A stretch of 64,000 nt of DNA from an uncultured Chloroflexota bacterium (GTDB taxonomy: Bacteria > Chloroflexota > Dehalococcoidia > UBA2979): contig CAJXBM010000002.1 of NCBI GenBank assembly GCA_913051185.1, positions 1,166 to 65,165 of the forward strand. Reading direction: 5' to 3'. Shown here piece after piece: positions 18,222-27,387 of this stretch. The translations under genes and the position numbers were made by a program. A model generated the notes under the pieces. That model searched no databases. It worked only from the letters and a program-made list of their open reading frames with translations, and was not told the DNA's origin. Each line of letters starts with the position of its first letter. Within the stretch, counting starts at the first letter, position 1.

Positions 18222-19965
18222 TTATTATGAAATGCGAGTTAAACAGAAGGGAACGATTTTACTGATGACTGAACTCAACCACCTAAATGACAGATCGAAT
18301 TCTGGAAAAGTCGGCTCTGAAATTCGTATGAGTCGAAATTATTTAGAGGATGTCAGAACTATGAGGGCCGTTAAAGCCGCCCGCAATCAGATCCAAGATG
18401 GACTGGGTACACGTGGTTCAATTGTCTCCAATAATGCCAAAGATTCTCACTACACGCCAAGACCTATTCGTGATTTTCCGGAGCGGGAAGATCCTATAAA
18501 TACTAGAGAAAAAATAATTAATCAAAATTTGAACCACGATTCTCAAGCACATGAAACAAATATCTCAAAGTTAGACATTGGAAGTTCATCCTCCCAAAAC
18601 ACTCATGAAAATCTGACTTCAGCAACTAGTTTGAGTCGCTCGAATAAAACCAGACGAGATATCCCTGATTTTGACAATATGGTCGAAATCACAGTGATCG
18701 GTGTTGGTGGTGGTGGGTCAAATTCAGTAGGTCGAATGGATCCCGTTCCAGGAGTAACATACATAATTGCTAACACTGACAGTCGTGCGCTTGCAGCACT
18801 CGATGTTGATCAAGAGATTCATTTGGGGAGAACACTGACGAGAGGAAAGGGCGCTGGAGGTAGGGCCGAACGAGGAAAAGCTGCTGCGGAAGAAGCACGT
18901 GATTCAATTGGTCAAGCATTAGACGGATCTGAAATTGTCTTTATTACAGCATGCTTAGGCGGTGGTACTGGATCGGGTGCTGGGCCAGTAATCGCCGAAA
19001 TAGCCAATAATCTTAAAATCGGTGAAGATCATGTTCTGACGGTTGCCATTGTCACGATGCCTTTCAGCTGGGAAGGCACTAGAAAAAGAGCGATTGCGGA
19101 AGATTCGCTAGAAAACTTCCGAAGCAATGTCGACGCAGTAATAGTGATAGAAAATGATTTACTTCCAACGGCATTCCCGGCTGAAGAGGACGGCCAGCCA
19201 AACCTTGGGATCGAAGATGAATTCAGGTTAACTGACAAGATTTTATCTGATGCCATCCAAGGTTTGAGCGAAATCATAACGGTCAACGGCGTTTGGAATT
19301 TGGATATTGCCGACTTTAGATCCACTATGGAAAACGCGGGAGATGCGGTAATCGCTATAGGAAGTGCTTCAGGAGATAACCGAGCTGTTGGTGCCGCACA
19401 AAGAGCTTTAGCCAATCCCCTGATAAATACAGATATTACTAATGCGAAACGACTTTTAATTAACGTTGTGGGGCCCGCAAGCAATAATCAGCACTCAGAC
19501 AAATTAGTATTACCACTCACTCGAGATGAGATTCGAAAAATCAAAGAAGTCGTAGGTGAACGAGCTCATCCAACTGAATGTGATGTCTTCACTGGAGTAA
19601 TGCTACGTGATGATCTCGAAGATGAAATTCACGTAACGATTGTGGCTGCTGATTTCGAAAACTTTGAAGCCACAAGTATTGATATGGCTCTGGATCAGGG
19701 AACACGCAATCTAGAAAAATATGATTTAACGTCCATTCCTAAGCTAGAAGAACTAAGAAAATCCTTAGCAACGCCAATTATTTCGAGTCCTGAAATTATT
19801 GATTCGAGAGAAGAGATAACGCCACCCCCCAAAGCTATTGAGACCTCGGATGATGCAAACCCGAGGGAATCTCAAGCTGAAAAAACCGCACAAGATACAA
19901 CTCAAATCACAAATTTTGCCAGCAATGACGTTCCTTATTACAACAAAGATATTCCTGAACGCTAA
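18205..19965 (+). CDS. ftsZ: cell division GTPase FtsZ with N-terminal extension (start codon uncertain: 18205 GTG, 18265, 18328, 18361 or 18679 ATG)
   Basis: The core begins at MVEITVIGVGGGGSNSV (nt 18679). Tubulin signature GGGTGSGAGPVIAEIA and T7-region NLDIADF. The frame stays open for 158 codons upstream of the core. A ~100-aa C-terminal linker ends in KDIPER. Confidence 0.9.
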   Translation: MFSERNYYEMRVKQKGTILLMTELNHLNDRSNSGKVGSEIRMSRNYLEDVRTMRAVKAARNQIQDGLGTRGSIVSNNAKDSHYTPRPIRDFPEREDPINTREKIINQNLNHDSQAHETNISKLDIGSSSSQNTHENLTSATSLSRSNKTRRDIPDFDNMVEITVIGVGGGGSNSVGRMDPVPGVTYIIANTDSRALAALDVDQEIHLGRTLTRGKGAGGRAERGKAAAEEARDSIGQALDGSEIVFITACLGGGTGSGAGPVIAEIANNLKIGEDHVLTVAIVTMPFSWEGTRKRAIAEDSLENFRSNVDAVIVIENDLLPTAFPAEEDGQPNLGIEDEFRLTDKILSDAIQGLSEIITVNGVWNLDIADFRSTMENAGDAVIAIGSASGDNRAVGAAQRALANPLINTDITNAKRLLINVVGPASNNQHSDKLVLPLTRDEIRKIKEVVGERAHPTECDVFTGVMLRDDLEDEIHVTIVAADFENFEATSIDMALDQGTRNLEKYDLTSIPKLEELRKSLATPIISSPEIIDSREEITPPPKAIETSDDANPRESQAEKTAQDTTQITNFASNDVPYYNKDIPER

Positions 19966-20106
19966 ATAACTCGCGTACGTTCTTTTGTGTAAAGAGAAAC
20001 ACTCACAGACAATACGGTCTTTGTGCAAAACTCTGTGATTGTGGATTCCTTTTTTCCTCCTTGGTCTTGTATTTTAAAAGTACGACAATGACCTTCGGAG
20101 CCAAGC

Positions 20107-20592
20107 ATGAATTGCCCAAACTGCAAATCGAAACAAAATAAATTAGTCGATATAATCATTGACTCGACTTCAATAATTAGGGAAAAAACCTGTATCCAGT
20201 GCCACTTTGAATTCAATACTATCGAAGAAATTGTGACTGACGCATTCCTTGTGCATAAAAAAGATGGATCACGTGAGCAATTTGATCGAGAAAAATTGAT
20301 AAATAGCCTATTGCATTCCACACATAAGAAAGGCACCACACAACAAGCAATCAAAGATTTAGTCGTCGAGGTAGAAAGTCAAATAGTGAGTTCTGGCAAT
20401 GAGATCGAAAGCCGCATGCTTGCGGAAATAGTAATGCTCAAACTCAAAAATCTCGACACGCTGGGATACATCAGATATGCGGCCGCCTATAAAACCTTTG
20501 TATCAGTAAGTGAATTTGTCGATGAAATACATGAAGTAGTTGAAACAAGTCCTCAAATACCGGACGAGCAATTACTGCTTTTGATTGATTAG
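20107..20592 (+). CDS. nrdR: transcriptional repressor NrdR
   Basis: 161 aa. N-terminal Zn ribbon (CPNC...CIQCH), then an ATP-cone (VHKKDGSREQFDREKL). Confidence 0.88.
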   Translation: MNCPNCKSKQNKLVDIIIDSTSIIREKTCIQCHFEFNTIEEIVTDAFLVHKKDGSREQFDREKLINSLLHSTHKKGTTQQAIKDLVVEVESQIVSSGNEIESRMLAEIVMLKLKNLDTLGYIRYAAAYKTFVSVSEFVDEIHEVVETSPQIPDEQLLLLID

Positions 20593-20620
20593 ATCGAAGT
20601 GGATACTAGCTCAAGTGCGA

Positions 20621-20896
20621 TTAGAATTTCTTGTAAAAACTTTCCAGCTCTTCCTCTTGATCTGGATACTCAACCGACGTCTTCTTAATCAAATACCAAA
20701 TCCCAAGTGCAAATATGCCTATTGGTATTAGACAATAAATAGAGCCACTTAACAACAAAACAAAAAAAGTAGCTAACAAAATTAAAGAACCCAGAATACC
20801 CGCCAACGGTGGGAGCAATACCTCAAACACAACGCGAATTATTAAGAATACTTCGCTCCAAGATCCTTGCTTCGGTGGTTCTTTCTCTTGAAACAT
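20621..20896 (-). CDS. small hypothetical membrane protein
   Basis: 91 aa with two to three hydrophobic helices (LPPLAGILGSLILLATFFVLLL, LIPIGIFALGIWYLI) and an acidic C-terminus. No family recognised. Confidence 0.5.
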   Translation of the reverse strand: MFQEKEPPKQGSWSEVFLIIRVVFEVLLPPLAGILGSLILLATFFVLLLSGSIYCLIPIGIFALGIWYLIKKTSVEYPDQEEELESFYKKF

Positions 20897-20984
20897 ATTA
20901 CCCCCGTTATCAAAACTACTAACTATCTTAATGTTAACCTTAAGCCGACAATAAATATATGATGATCGATTTAGGAATCACCCT

Positions 20985-21701
20985 ATGCAACTGACTATTC
21001 GTAATCGCATCGAAACAGTCCAAACTAAAATCGCACAAATATGCAATCGTACAGGAAGAGATCCAAGTGAAATCACGTTTATTGGAGTCACCAAGGGACA
21101 TGGAATAGAGCAGGTTAATGAAGCGCTGGAGAGTGGTATCACTGATTTAGGAGAGAATAAGAGTCAAGAATTACTACTCAAACAGCAACAGCTCGCGCAT
21201 CAACAAACTGAGCCAAGCTGGCATTTTCTGGGACATTTACAAAGTAATAAAGTAAAAAAGACAGTAAATAAAATTGATACCCTCCACTCGTTAGACTCTA
21301 CTTCACTCATTACGGCAATCAACAAACATAGGCTAGACGCTAAAATAAAAGAACAAATCAATCCTGACTCACCGCCTCTTAAGTGTTTTATAGAGGTAAA
21401 TATTGCTAACGAGCCTCAAAAATCAGGGATTCACAAAAATCAGCTTGAACTCCTTCTATCACACGCAGACAGTTCCAATGAAATTCTAGTTGAAGGTTTG
21501 ATGACAATAGCCCCATACTATGAAGAAATTGAGCGAACTAGGCCTGTATTTCAGGAGCTACGAGAGCTAGCTGACAGCTTTGGCTTAAAAAAACTATCTA
21601 TGGGAATGAGTCGTGATTTTGAAATCGCCATTGAAGAGGGAACCACGGCTATTAGATTAGGAACTACGATTTTTGGAGAGAGGGCAAATAGAGCACCCTA
21701 A
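20985..21701 (+). CDS. yggS: YggS-family pyridoxal-phosphate homeostasis protein
   Basis: 238 aa. PLP-lysine context FIGVTKGH, plus WHFLGHLQSNKVK, LSMGMS.DFE.AI and IRLGTTIFG. Confidence 0.9.
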   Translation: MQLTIRNRIETVQTKIAQICNRTGRDPSEITFIGVTKGHGIEQVNEALESGITDLGENKSQELLLKQQQLAHQQTEPSWHFLGHLQSNKVKKTVNKIDTLHSLDSTSLITAINKHRLDAKIKEQINPDSPPLKCFIEVNIANEPQKSGIHKNQLELLLSHADSSNEILVEGLMTIAPYYEEIERTRPVFQELRELADSFGLKKLSMGMSRDFEIAIEEGTTAIRLGTTIFGERANRAP

Positions 21702-21737
21702 GCCATTAAACGAGGAAAACAAGACAAGGAAAATATA

Positions 21738-22547
21738 ATGAATGTATTACTGATTGGTGGAGGCTTCATGGGCGAAGCGCTTCTCACAGGTATTTTAAAT
21801 TCAGAACACTCAACTGATTTAGATATCATGGTCGCTGAGATTGATGAAAAACGTCAAGACTTTTTACGCGCCACTTATCCGATCATGGTCACCTCATCAG
21901 CACATAATGCTTTAGAAAAGACCTCACCAGATGTAATTATTCTCAGCATCAAACCACAACAATTTTCCGAGACAGTTCAGCCCCTTAGTGGACTCCTTGA
22001 TCCTAATACTCTCGTGATATCAGTGGCTGCAGGAATTCCACTAACAACTGTCACCGAAAAAACCGGACAGCCCTTGAGCGCAAGAATCATGCCAAATCTT
22101 CCAGCTGCCGCCTTGGAAGGAGCAGCCGCAATCTATTTTGCGCCTCAATTTACCAGCGCTCAGAAGAACACAGTCATTAATCTTATAAAAACCTCCTGCC
22201 CCACCCTAATAGAGGTCGATTCAGATGATGAGGTAGACCTTTGCACAGCAATCAACGGATCAGGTCCCGCTTATATTTTTCAAATAATTGAGGCAATGAT
22301 CGATGCCGCAACCCTGCGAGGGCTAGATGAGACAGATGCCAGGGCATTAGTACTACAAACTGTTCTAGGTGCCGCAAAGTATGCGCAAGATTCAGATAGT
22401 AGTATTCAAGACCTTCGCACAGCCGTTACGTCGCCCGGTGGAACAACTGCAGCTGGACTAGCTATCTTAGACGGTGCAGATGTTAATATTACCTTTGATA
22501 GTGCTATAGCAGCGGCATATGCCCGAGCAATTGAATTACGGGCATAG
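21738..22547 (+). CDS. proC: pyrroline-5-carboxylate reductase
   Basis: 269 aa. N-terminal NADP fold LLIGGGFMGEAL, then IKPQ, and C-terminal VTSPGGTTAAGL. Confidence 0.9.
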   Translation: MNVLLIGGGFMGEALLTGILNSEHSTDLDIMVAEIDEKRQDFLRATYPIMVTSSAHNALEKTSPDVIILSIKPQQFSETVQPLSGLLDPNTLVISVAAGIPLTTVTEKTGQPLSARIMPNLPAAALEGAAAIYFAPQFTSAQKNTVINLIKTSCPTLIEVDSDDEVDLCTAINGSGPAYIFQIIEAMIDAATLRGLDETDARALVLQTVLGAAKYAQDSDSSIQDLRTAVTSPGGTTAAGLAILDGADVNITFDSAIAAAYARAIELRA

Positions 22548-22561
22548 AACGGAAAACACCT

Positions 22562-22828
22562 TTGGATCCTTTAATTCTTTATACAGCACAAATCGTCTCA
22601 TTAATCTTGCGGCTTTTAGCTTTTTGCATTCTTGGTCGATCATTAATCTCTTGGTTTCCGAATCTACGCGATAGTGAAGTTGCTCGTGCACTCGACAATA
22701 TAACTGATCCGATTTTACAGCCCCTTCGCCGTATTATTCCGCCTATTGGGGGAACGTTTGATGTGACTCCAATGCTTGCAATGATTGCTATTTTCTTAAT
22801 CTCCGATTTCATCCGCTCTGCAGCTTGA
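22562..22828 (+). CDS. yggT: YggT-family membrane protein
   Basis: 88 aa with a TTG start. Two TM helices and the conserved ITDPILQPLRRIIPPIGG.DVTPM block. Confidence 0.85.
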   Translation: MDPLILYTAQIVSLILRLLAFCILGRSLISWFPNLRDSEVARALDNITDPILQPLRRIIPPIGGTFDVTPMLAMIAIFLISDFIRSAA

Positions 22829-22864
22829 GATAGTCATCCAGCTACTCCTCCAAGATACACTTAG

Positions 22865-22893
22865 TTGACAGTCGAACATTTGTTCTATATTGT
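22865..22893 (+). promoter_or_regulatory. recA promoter with overlapping LexA (Cheo/SOS) box
   Basis: TTGACA at 22865-22870. CGAACATTTGTTCT at 22873-22886 has the GAAC-N4-GTTC core of Gram-positive-type LexA boxes. -10 candidates are TATATT at 22886-22891 and TATTGT at 22888-22893. It lies ~55 nt upstream of the recA ATG. Confidence 0.7.
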
Positions 22894-22944
22894 ATTATTT
22901 AACTAATCGGTGGGGGCCGCTAAAAGAACAGGATTCACGCAATC

Positions 22945-24099
22945 ATGCCATCAAAAAAAGAAGCCCATACATCTGACGAAAAAACATTCGGGTCGACCCG
23001 CGAAAAAAACTTAAGCATCGCAATTGACGAAATCGTCAAAGAGCACGGAAAAGGCTCAATAATGCGACTCGGTGATGCAGAAGCGGCGCTCAATATCACT
23101 TCAATACCCACAGGTGCATTATCACTAGATATTGCGCTTGGTGTCGGAGGGATTCCACGTGGACGAATCACGGAAATATTCGGCCCTGAATCTGCTGGAA
23201 AATCGACACTGGCGCAACACATAATTGCCGAATGCCAACGAGCTGGCGGCGCAGCTGCCTATATCGACGTCGAACATGCCCTTGACCCAGAGTATGCCGC
23301 TGCCTGTGGTATCGATATTGAAGATCTGCTTATATCTCAACCTGATACCGGTGAACAGGCGTTAGAAATATGTGAAGCACTTATTCGCTCATCTGCCTTA
23401 GATATCGTAGTAATTGACTCTGTGGCTGCTCTAGTGCCACGAGCAGAAATCGAAGGTGACATGGGTGACAGCCTACCAGGACTTCAAGCCAGATTAATGT
23501 CTCAGGCCATGCGAAAACTCACTGCTGCCGTCTCAAGAACTAATACCTCATTAGTATTTATTAATCAGCTGCGAGAGAAAATTGGCGTCATGTTTGGCAG
23601 CCCTGAAACTACCCCAGGTGGGCGTTCACTCAAATTTTACTCCTCAGTGCGAATAGATATCCGACGAATTGAGTCAATTAAAGATGGACAGACTTTTATA
23701 GGAAATCGAGTCCGCTGCAAGGTCGTAAAAAATAAAGTAGCTCCTCCGTTTAGACAGGCTGAGTTCGAAATCATGTTTACCCATAATCTCCATGGAATAA
23801 ATCGTTGGAGTGATGTACTCGACCTAGCTGTTGAGCACAACGTAGTGAAAAAAGCGGGCGCCTTCTTCTCATATGGAGATCTTCGCTTAGGTCAAGGCAA
23901 ACGTAACGCGTCAACCTTTCTACAAGAAAACAATGACCTCTTCGAAGAAATAGATAATCAAGTTCGAGAAATTACTGGGATAACTCAGTCCGCTGAACAC
24001 CTAGACAACATCGATCTAGCAAATGACTTAAGTTCAGAACTAGACTCGAACAATCTTCTGACCGAAGAAGCTCCTGCACTACTCAATTCAACTGACTAA
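22945..24099 (+). CDS. recA: recombinase RecA
   Basis: 384 aa. [12 protein letters not shown], Walker [12 protein letters not shown], Walker [11 protein letters not shown], and an acidic C-terminal tail. Confidence 0.96.
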   Translation: MPSKKEAHTSDEKTFGSTREKNLSIAIDEIVKEHGKGSIMRLGDAEAALNITSIPTGALSLDIALGVGGIPRGRITEIFGPESAGKSTLAQHIIAECQRAGGAAAYIDVEHALDPEYAAACGIDIEDLLISQPDTGEQALEICEALIRSSALDIVVIDSVAALVPRAEIEGDMGDSLPGLQARLMSQAMRKLTAAVSRTNTSLVFINQLREKIGVMFGSPETTPGGRSLKFYSSVRIDIRRIESIKDGQTFIGNRVRCKVVKNKVAPPFRQAEFEIMFTHNLHGINRWSDVLDLAVEHNVVKKAGAFFSYGDLRLGQGKRNASTFLQENNDLFEEIDNQVREITGITQSAEHLDNIDLANDLSSELDSNNLLTEEAPALLNSTD

Positions 24100-24100
24100 A

Positions 24101-24781
24101 GTGCCAACACTACAAGAGCTTCAGCTCATAGATTCAGTTGTCATCAAAGGATTAAAGGCCCGTGCTCAGGATCGGGTTAAGATTGATTACACGCGAGAAA
24201 CCACTGAATCTGAAACCCATAGTGAGCTCTTTCCCATTGATATTGTGGCCCAATATGGCCTGTTCAAGGGATCCAACCACACAGCAAGTCAATGGAACAC
24301 AGCAATAACAGCTGCACTGTACCAAGAATCTGTAAATAGAGCTTATCGACTTATCTCTCAAAAACAACGGACAGAAAAAGAGCTGCGATCCTTAATCAAA
24401 AACACGAAAAAATATAAATTCACTGACCACATGATCGATACTGCAGTTACACGTATCCTTCTGCTGGGATACCTAGACGAAGTGTCTACTGCTAAAGCTC
24501 ATGTCACTAGGACCAATTCACGACTAAAGTCCTCACGCAAACTGAAATATGAACTACATATGCGGGGCATTTCTACAACCACAGCAGATGATGTTCTCGA
24601 CTCACATTCCGAAATCAATGCAGCATCAGAACTTGCGCAAAAAAAAGCACGACGCTTAAAGAAATATGATTCCCCAGTCGCTAAAGTTCGGCTCTACCGA
24701 TATCTAGTTCAGCAGGGATTTCCTTACTCTCTATCACGCCAACTCGCCGATCAGCATTTTTCCACAGCCCCCGACTACTAA
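24101..24781 (+). CDS. recX: RecA regulator RecX (by position and helical-repeat character)
   Basis: 226 aa with a GTG start 1 nt after the recA stop. Basic helical-repeat protein (LRYLVQQGF-type C-terminal repeat). The conserved recA-recX arrangement supports the call. Confidence 0.7.
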   Translation: MPTLQELQLIDSVVIKGLKARAQDRVKIDYTRETTESETHSELFPIDIVAQYGLFKGSNHTASQWNTAITAALYQESVNRAYRLISQKQRTEKELRSLIKNTKKYKFTDHMIDTAVTRILLLGYLDEVSTAKAHVTRTNSRLKSSRKLKYELHMRGISTTTADDVLDSHSEINAASELAQKKARRLKKYDSPVAKVRLYRYLVQQGFPYSLSRQLADQHFSTAPDY

Positions 24782-24928
24782 AATTGTCGCAGAGTAGGTC
24801 TGTGACGTGTTACCCTATTCGAAATATATAGATAATTACAGGACCCGACGCGACGCCTGACGATTAGGAAATCTACCTAGCGAACTGAGTTCAGTGCGGC
24901 GCGCGGTCATATCGTTCGGAGAATAATC

Positions 24929-26458
24929 ATGGACCTTCTCATCATTCTAGCGGCCGTAGTGGCCGGCGTACTTGTCGGGGCGATCATAATAAACCTTTAC
25001 AACAACAATTCTTCAACAGGGCTAATTAGCAAGGCGACAAGCGAGTCACAGCAATTACTAAACACCGCTATCAAAGAGTCAAGTGACATCATCGCCAACG
25101 CAGAAAATAAATCTGTCAGCCGGCGAAAAGAAATCGATGACGAAATTCGAGATCGGCGTCGTGAAATCGGCCGAATTGAACGCAGAATCGATCAGCGAGA
25201 AGAATCTATAGATCGAAGAAGTGAAAATATTGAAAAAATTGAAGATGATCTTCGAATTCAAGTCACCGAGATCGAGGCGCAAGAAGCGGAAATCAGCGAA
25301 CAAACACTAGTTATGCAACAAAAACTCGAACAAATTGCGGGGCTTACGTCTGATGCAGCCAAGGAAGAGCTACTAAATCAACTCGATGCTGAACTCCGAG
25401 ATGAGTCGGCCCGTCGCGTAGCGGCAATGGAGGACTCAGCAAAAGCTGAGGCTGATGTGAGAGCGAGAAAAATCCTGGCCACCGTTATGCAAAGAATTAG
25501 CTCGGAAGTAACTGCTGAAATGACGGTAAGTATCGTCGCAATCCCATCAGATGAAGTCAAAGGTAGAATAATTGGACGCGAAGGTCGTAACATTAGAGCT
25601 TTTGAAGCTGCCACGGGATGTGACCTTATTATTGATGACACTCCGGGAGTTGTTACGGTGTCAGCATTTGAGCCTACACGGCGAGAGATAGCTCGAACCG
25701 CGCTCGATTATTTAATACAAGACGGTCGGATTCAACCGTCGCGAATTGAGGATGCGGTAGACCGTGCACGCCGAGAAATCGATAAAAGGATCGTAAAAGC
25801 AGGGGAAGAAGCAGTAGTCGATGCTGAAGTGACTGGCTTGCATAACGAAATTATAAAAACCTTAGGTCGACTTCAATTTCGCTACTCGTATGGACAGAAC
25901 CAGCTTAGGCATTGCATAGAAACATCCTGGCTTGCTGCGGCGCTGGCTCATGAGCTTGGCGCTGATGTTGAAGTGGCCCGAGTTGGTGGCCTACTACACG
26001 ACCTGGGTAAGGCTGTAGACCGAGAAATCGAAGGTACTCATGCTTTGCTTGGCGCTGAAATAGGTCGTCGGTATGGCCTTCCACAGGCCATAACACACAC
26101 AATTGAAGCCCACCATGAGGAAGTCAAGCCAGAAACCTTGGAAGCCTTAATCGTGATCTGCGCCGACTCCATGTCTGGAAGCCGGCCGGGAGCACGTAGG
26201 GAACAGGTCGAAGAATATGTAAAGCGATTAGAAGCTCTAGAAACAATTGCAAATTCTTTTGATGGTGTGGAACAAGCATTTGCCATTCAAGCTGGACGCG
26301 AAATTCGAATCATGGTAAAGCCCGATCAAGTAGATGATTTGGGATCCACGAGACTGGCACGAGAAGTGTCAAAGGAAATTGAGCAATCAATGCAGTATCC
26401 AGGCCAGATCAAGGTGACCGTGGTACGTGAGACTCGATCATCTGAGATCGCGCACTAG
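24929..26458 (+). CDS. rny: ribonuclease Y
   Basis: 509 aa. N-terminal TM helix, a charged coiled region, a KH domain (GRIIGREGRNIRAFE), and an HD domain (LLHDLGKA...HHEE). Confidence 0.95.
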   Translation: MDLLIILAAVVAGVLVGAIIINLYNNNSSTGLISKATSESQQLLNTAIKESSDIIANAENKSVSRRKEIDDEIRDRRREIGRIERRIDQREESIDRRSENIEKIEDDLRIQVTEIEAQEAEISEQTLVMQQKLEQIAGLTSDAAKEELLNQLDAELRDESARRVAAMEDSAKAEADVRARKILATVMQRISSEVTAEMTVSIVAIPSDEVKGRIIGREGRNIRAFEAATGCDLIIDDTPGVVTVSAFEPTRREIARTALDYLIQDGRIQPSRIEDAVDRARREIDKRIVKAGEEAVVDAEVTGLHNEIIKTLGRLQFRYSYGQNQLRHCIETSWLAAALAHELGADVEVARVGGLLHDLGKAVDREIEGTHALLGAEIGRRYGLPQAITHTIEAHHEEVKPETLEALIVICADSMSGSRPGARREQVEEYVKRLEALETIANSFDGVEQAFAIQAGREIRIMVKPDQVDDLGSTRLAREVSKEIEQSMQYPGQIKVTVVRETRSSEIAH

Positions 26459-26512
26459 ATTTCCCAAGAAATATCACCTAGCGCTAGATTTAATTAACTT
26501 ATAAGACAAGTC

Positions 26513-27052
26513 ATGAAATCAAATGCACCAAATAAGAACACGCGCCGAAGACAGACTGCATGTCTCTCGTGTGGAGATTTTGCAACTCTTGGCTGTGGAA
26601 AATGCGGTGATCCTTTCTGTGGGAAATGTATTTTTCACACTCCTGGCGGTATACGGTGTCAAAGCTGTGCACAGTTGAGAAAACCAATTCAATATCAGAT
26701 TTCAGGACCCCGACTCATAATCACAATCTCCACACTGCTTTCAGCGAGCCTAATTCTCGGGGTGCTATCTATAATCCCTACCGCCCTGATTGCTCAAATT
26801 CCGCTGCTAAACATAGTTGGACATGCACTCATCGGGTACTTACTGGCACTTGTGCTATCCAAATTACTGGAAGTGATAAGTGGCAATAAATTAGGTAGGC
26901 CACTACAGATCACAGGGCTGATCTCAGGTCTATTCGTAGTAACAGGTCGGACCATAATTATTCTCACCTTAACCGGTGGTGTTATATTAGGTTTATCCGA
27001 ACTACTTATGACGGGTGTCATATGTATAATCACGTGGCGACGATTTGAATAA
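26513..27052 (+). CDS. Zn-ribbon (B-box-like, 8 Cys) membrane protein, function unknown
   Basis: 179 aa. The N-terminus CLSCGDFATLGCGKCGDPFCGKCIFHTPGGIRCQSC is followed by about four hydrophobic helices. Confidence 0.6.
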   Translation: MKSNAPNKNTRRRQTACLSCGDFATLGCGKCGDPFCGKCIFHTPGGIRCQSCAQLRKPIQYQISGPRLIITISTLLSASLILGVLSIIPTALIAQIPLLNIVGHALIGYLLALVLSKLLEVISGNKLGRPLQITGLISGLFVVTGRTIIILTLTGGVILGLSELLMTGVICIITWRRFE

Positions 27053-27303
27053 TTATTAGCAAACTAGATACGGTCAATTACGAATAACGCAAGTAGAAGC
27101 ACAAAGGACACAACACCTACACCAAGCACTCGCTTGAGTTCGTCCTTCATAAGTTTTGAATCTCTTTTGTTGCGCTCACTGCTAGGCAAAACTCTACTCC
27201 GTCATCGAATATTCACTAAGTACATGTATAAGGGTAAGCGCCCTCACTTAAAGGGGCTAGCGCCAGCCCGCCATTTAAATTAATCTAGTACTTCAGGCAC
27301 TAA

Positions 27304-27379
27304 GGCCCCGTAGTGTAGCGGTTAACACGTCGCCCTGTCACGGCGAAGATCGGCGGTTCGAATCCGCTCGGGGTCGCCA
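27304..27379 (+). tRNA. tRNA-Asp (anticodon GTC), CCA encoded
   Basis: Cloverleaf folded by hand. Acceptor GGCCCCG/CGGGGTC with G2-U71. D stem GTGT/ACAC. Anticodon stem TCGCC/GGCGA with loop CTGTCAC. T arm GGCGG-TTCGAAT-CCGCT. Discriminator G followed by CCA. Confidence 0.95.
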
Positions 27380-27387
27380 TATAAAGC

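Noticed and set aside
19983-20030. A 13-bp AU-rich hairpin needing three G-U pairs between ftsZ and nrdR, considered as a terminator. The GTGT/ACAC-containing words there were considered as possible NrdR boxes.
   Set aside because: No adjacent T-run, and the stem is weak. The words do not form the tandem 16-bp ACAC...GTGT palindromes expected for NrdR boxes.
20927-20944. Short palindromes in spacers: CTTAATGTTAACCTTAAG at 20927-20944 and CTAGCGCTAG at 26478-26487.
   Set aside because: Their lengths and match levels are within chance expectation for 64 kb.
24882-24892. GAACTGAGTTC palindrome upstream of rny as a second LexA box.
   Set aside because: The spacing is GAAC-N3-GTTC rather than the N4 required for Cheo boxes. 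rny is also not an expected SOS gene.
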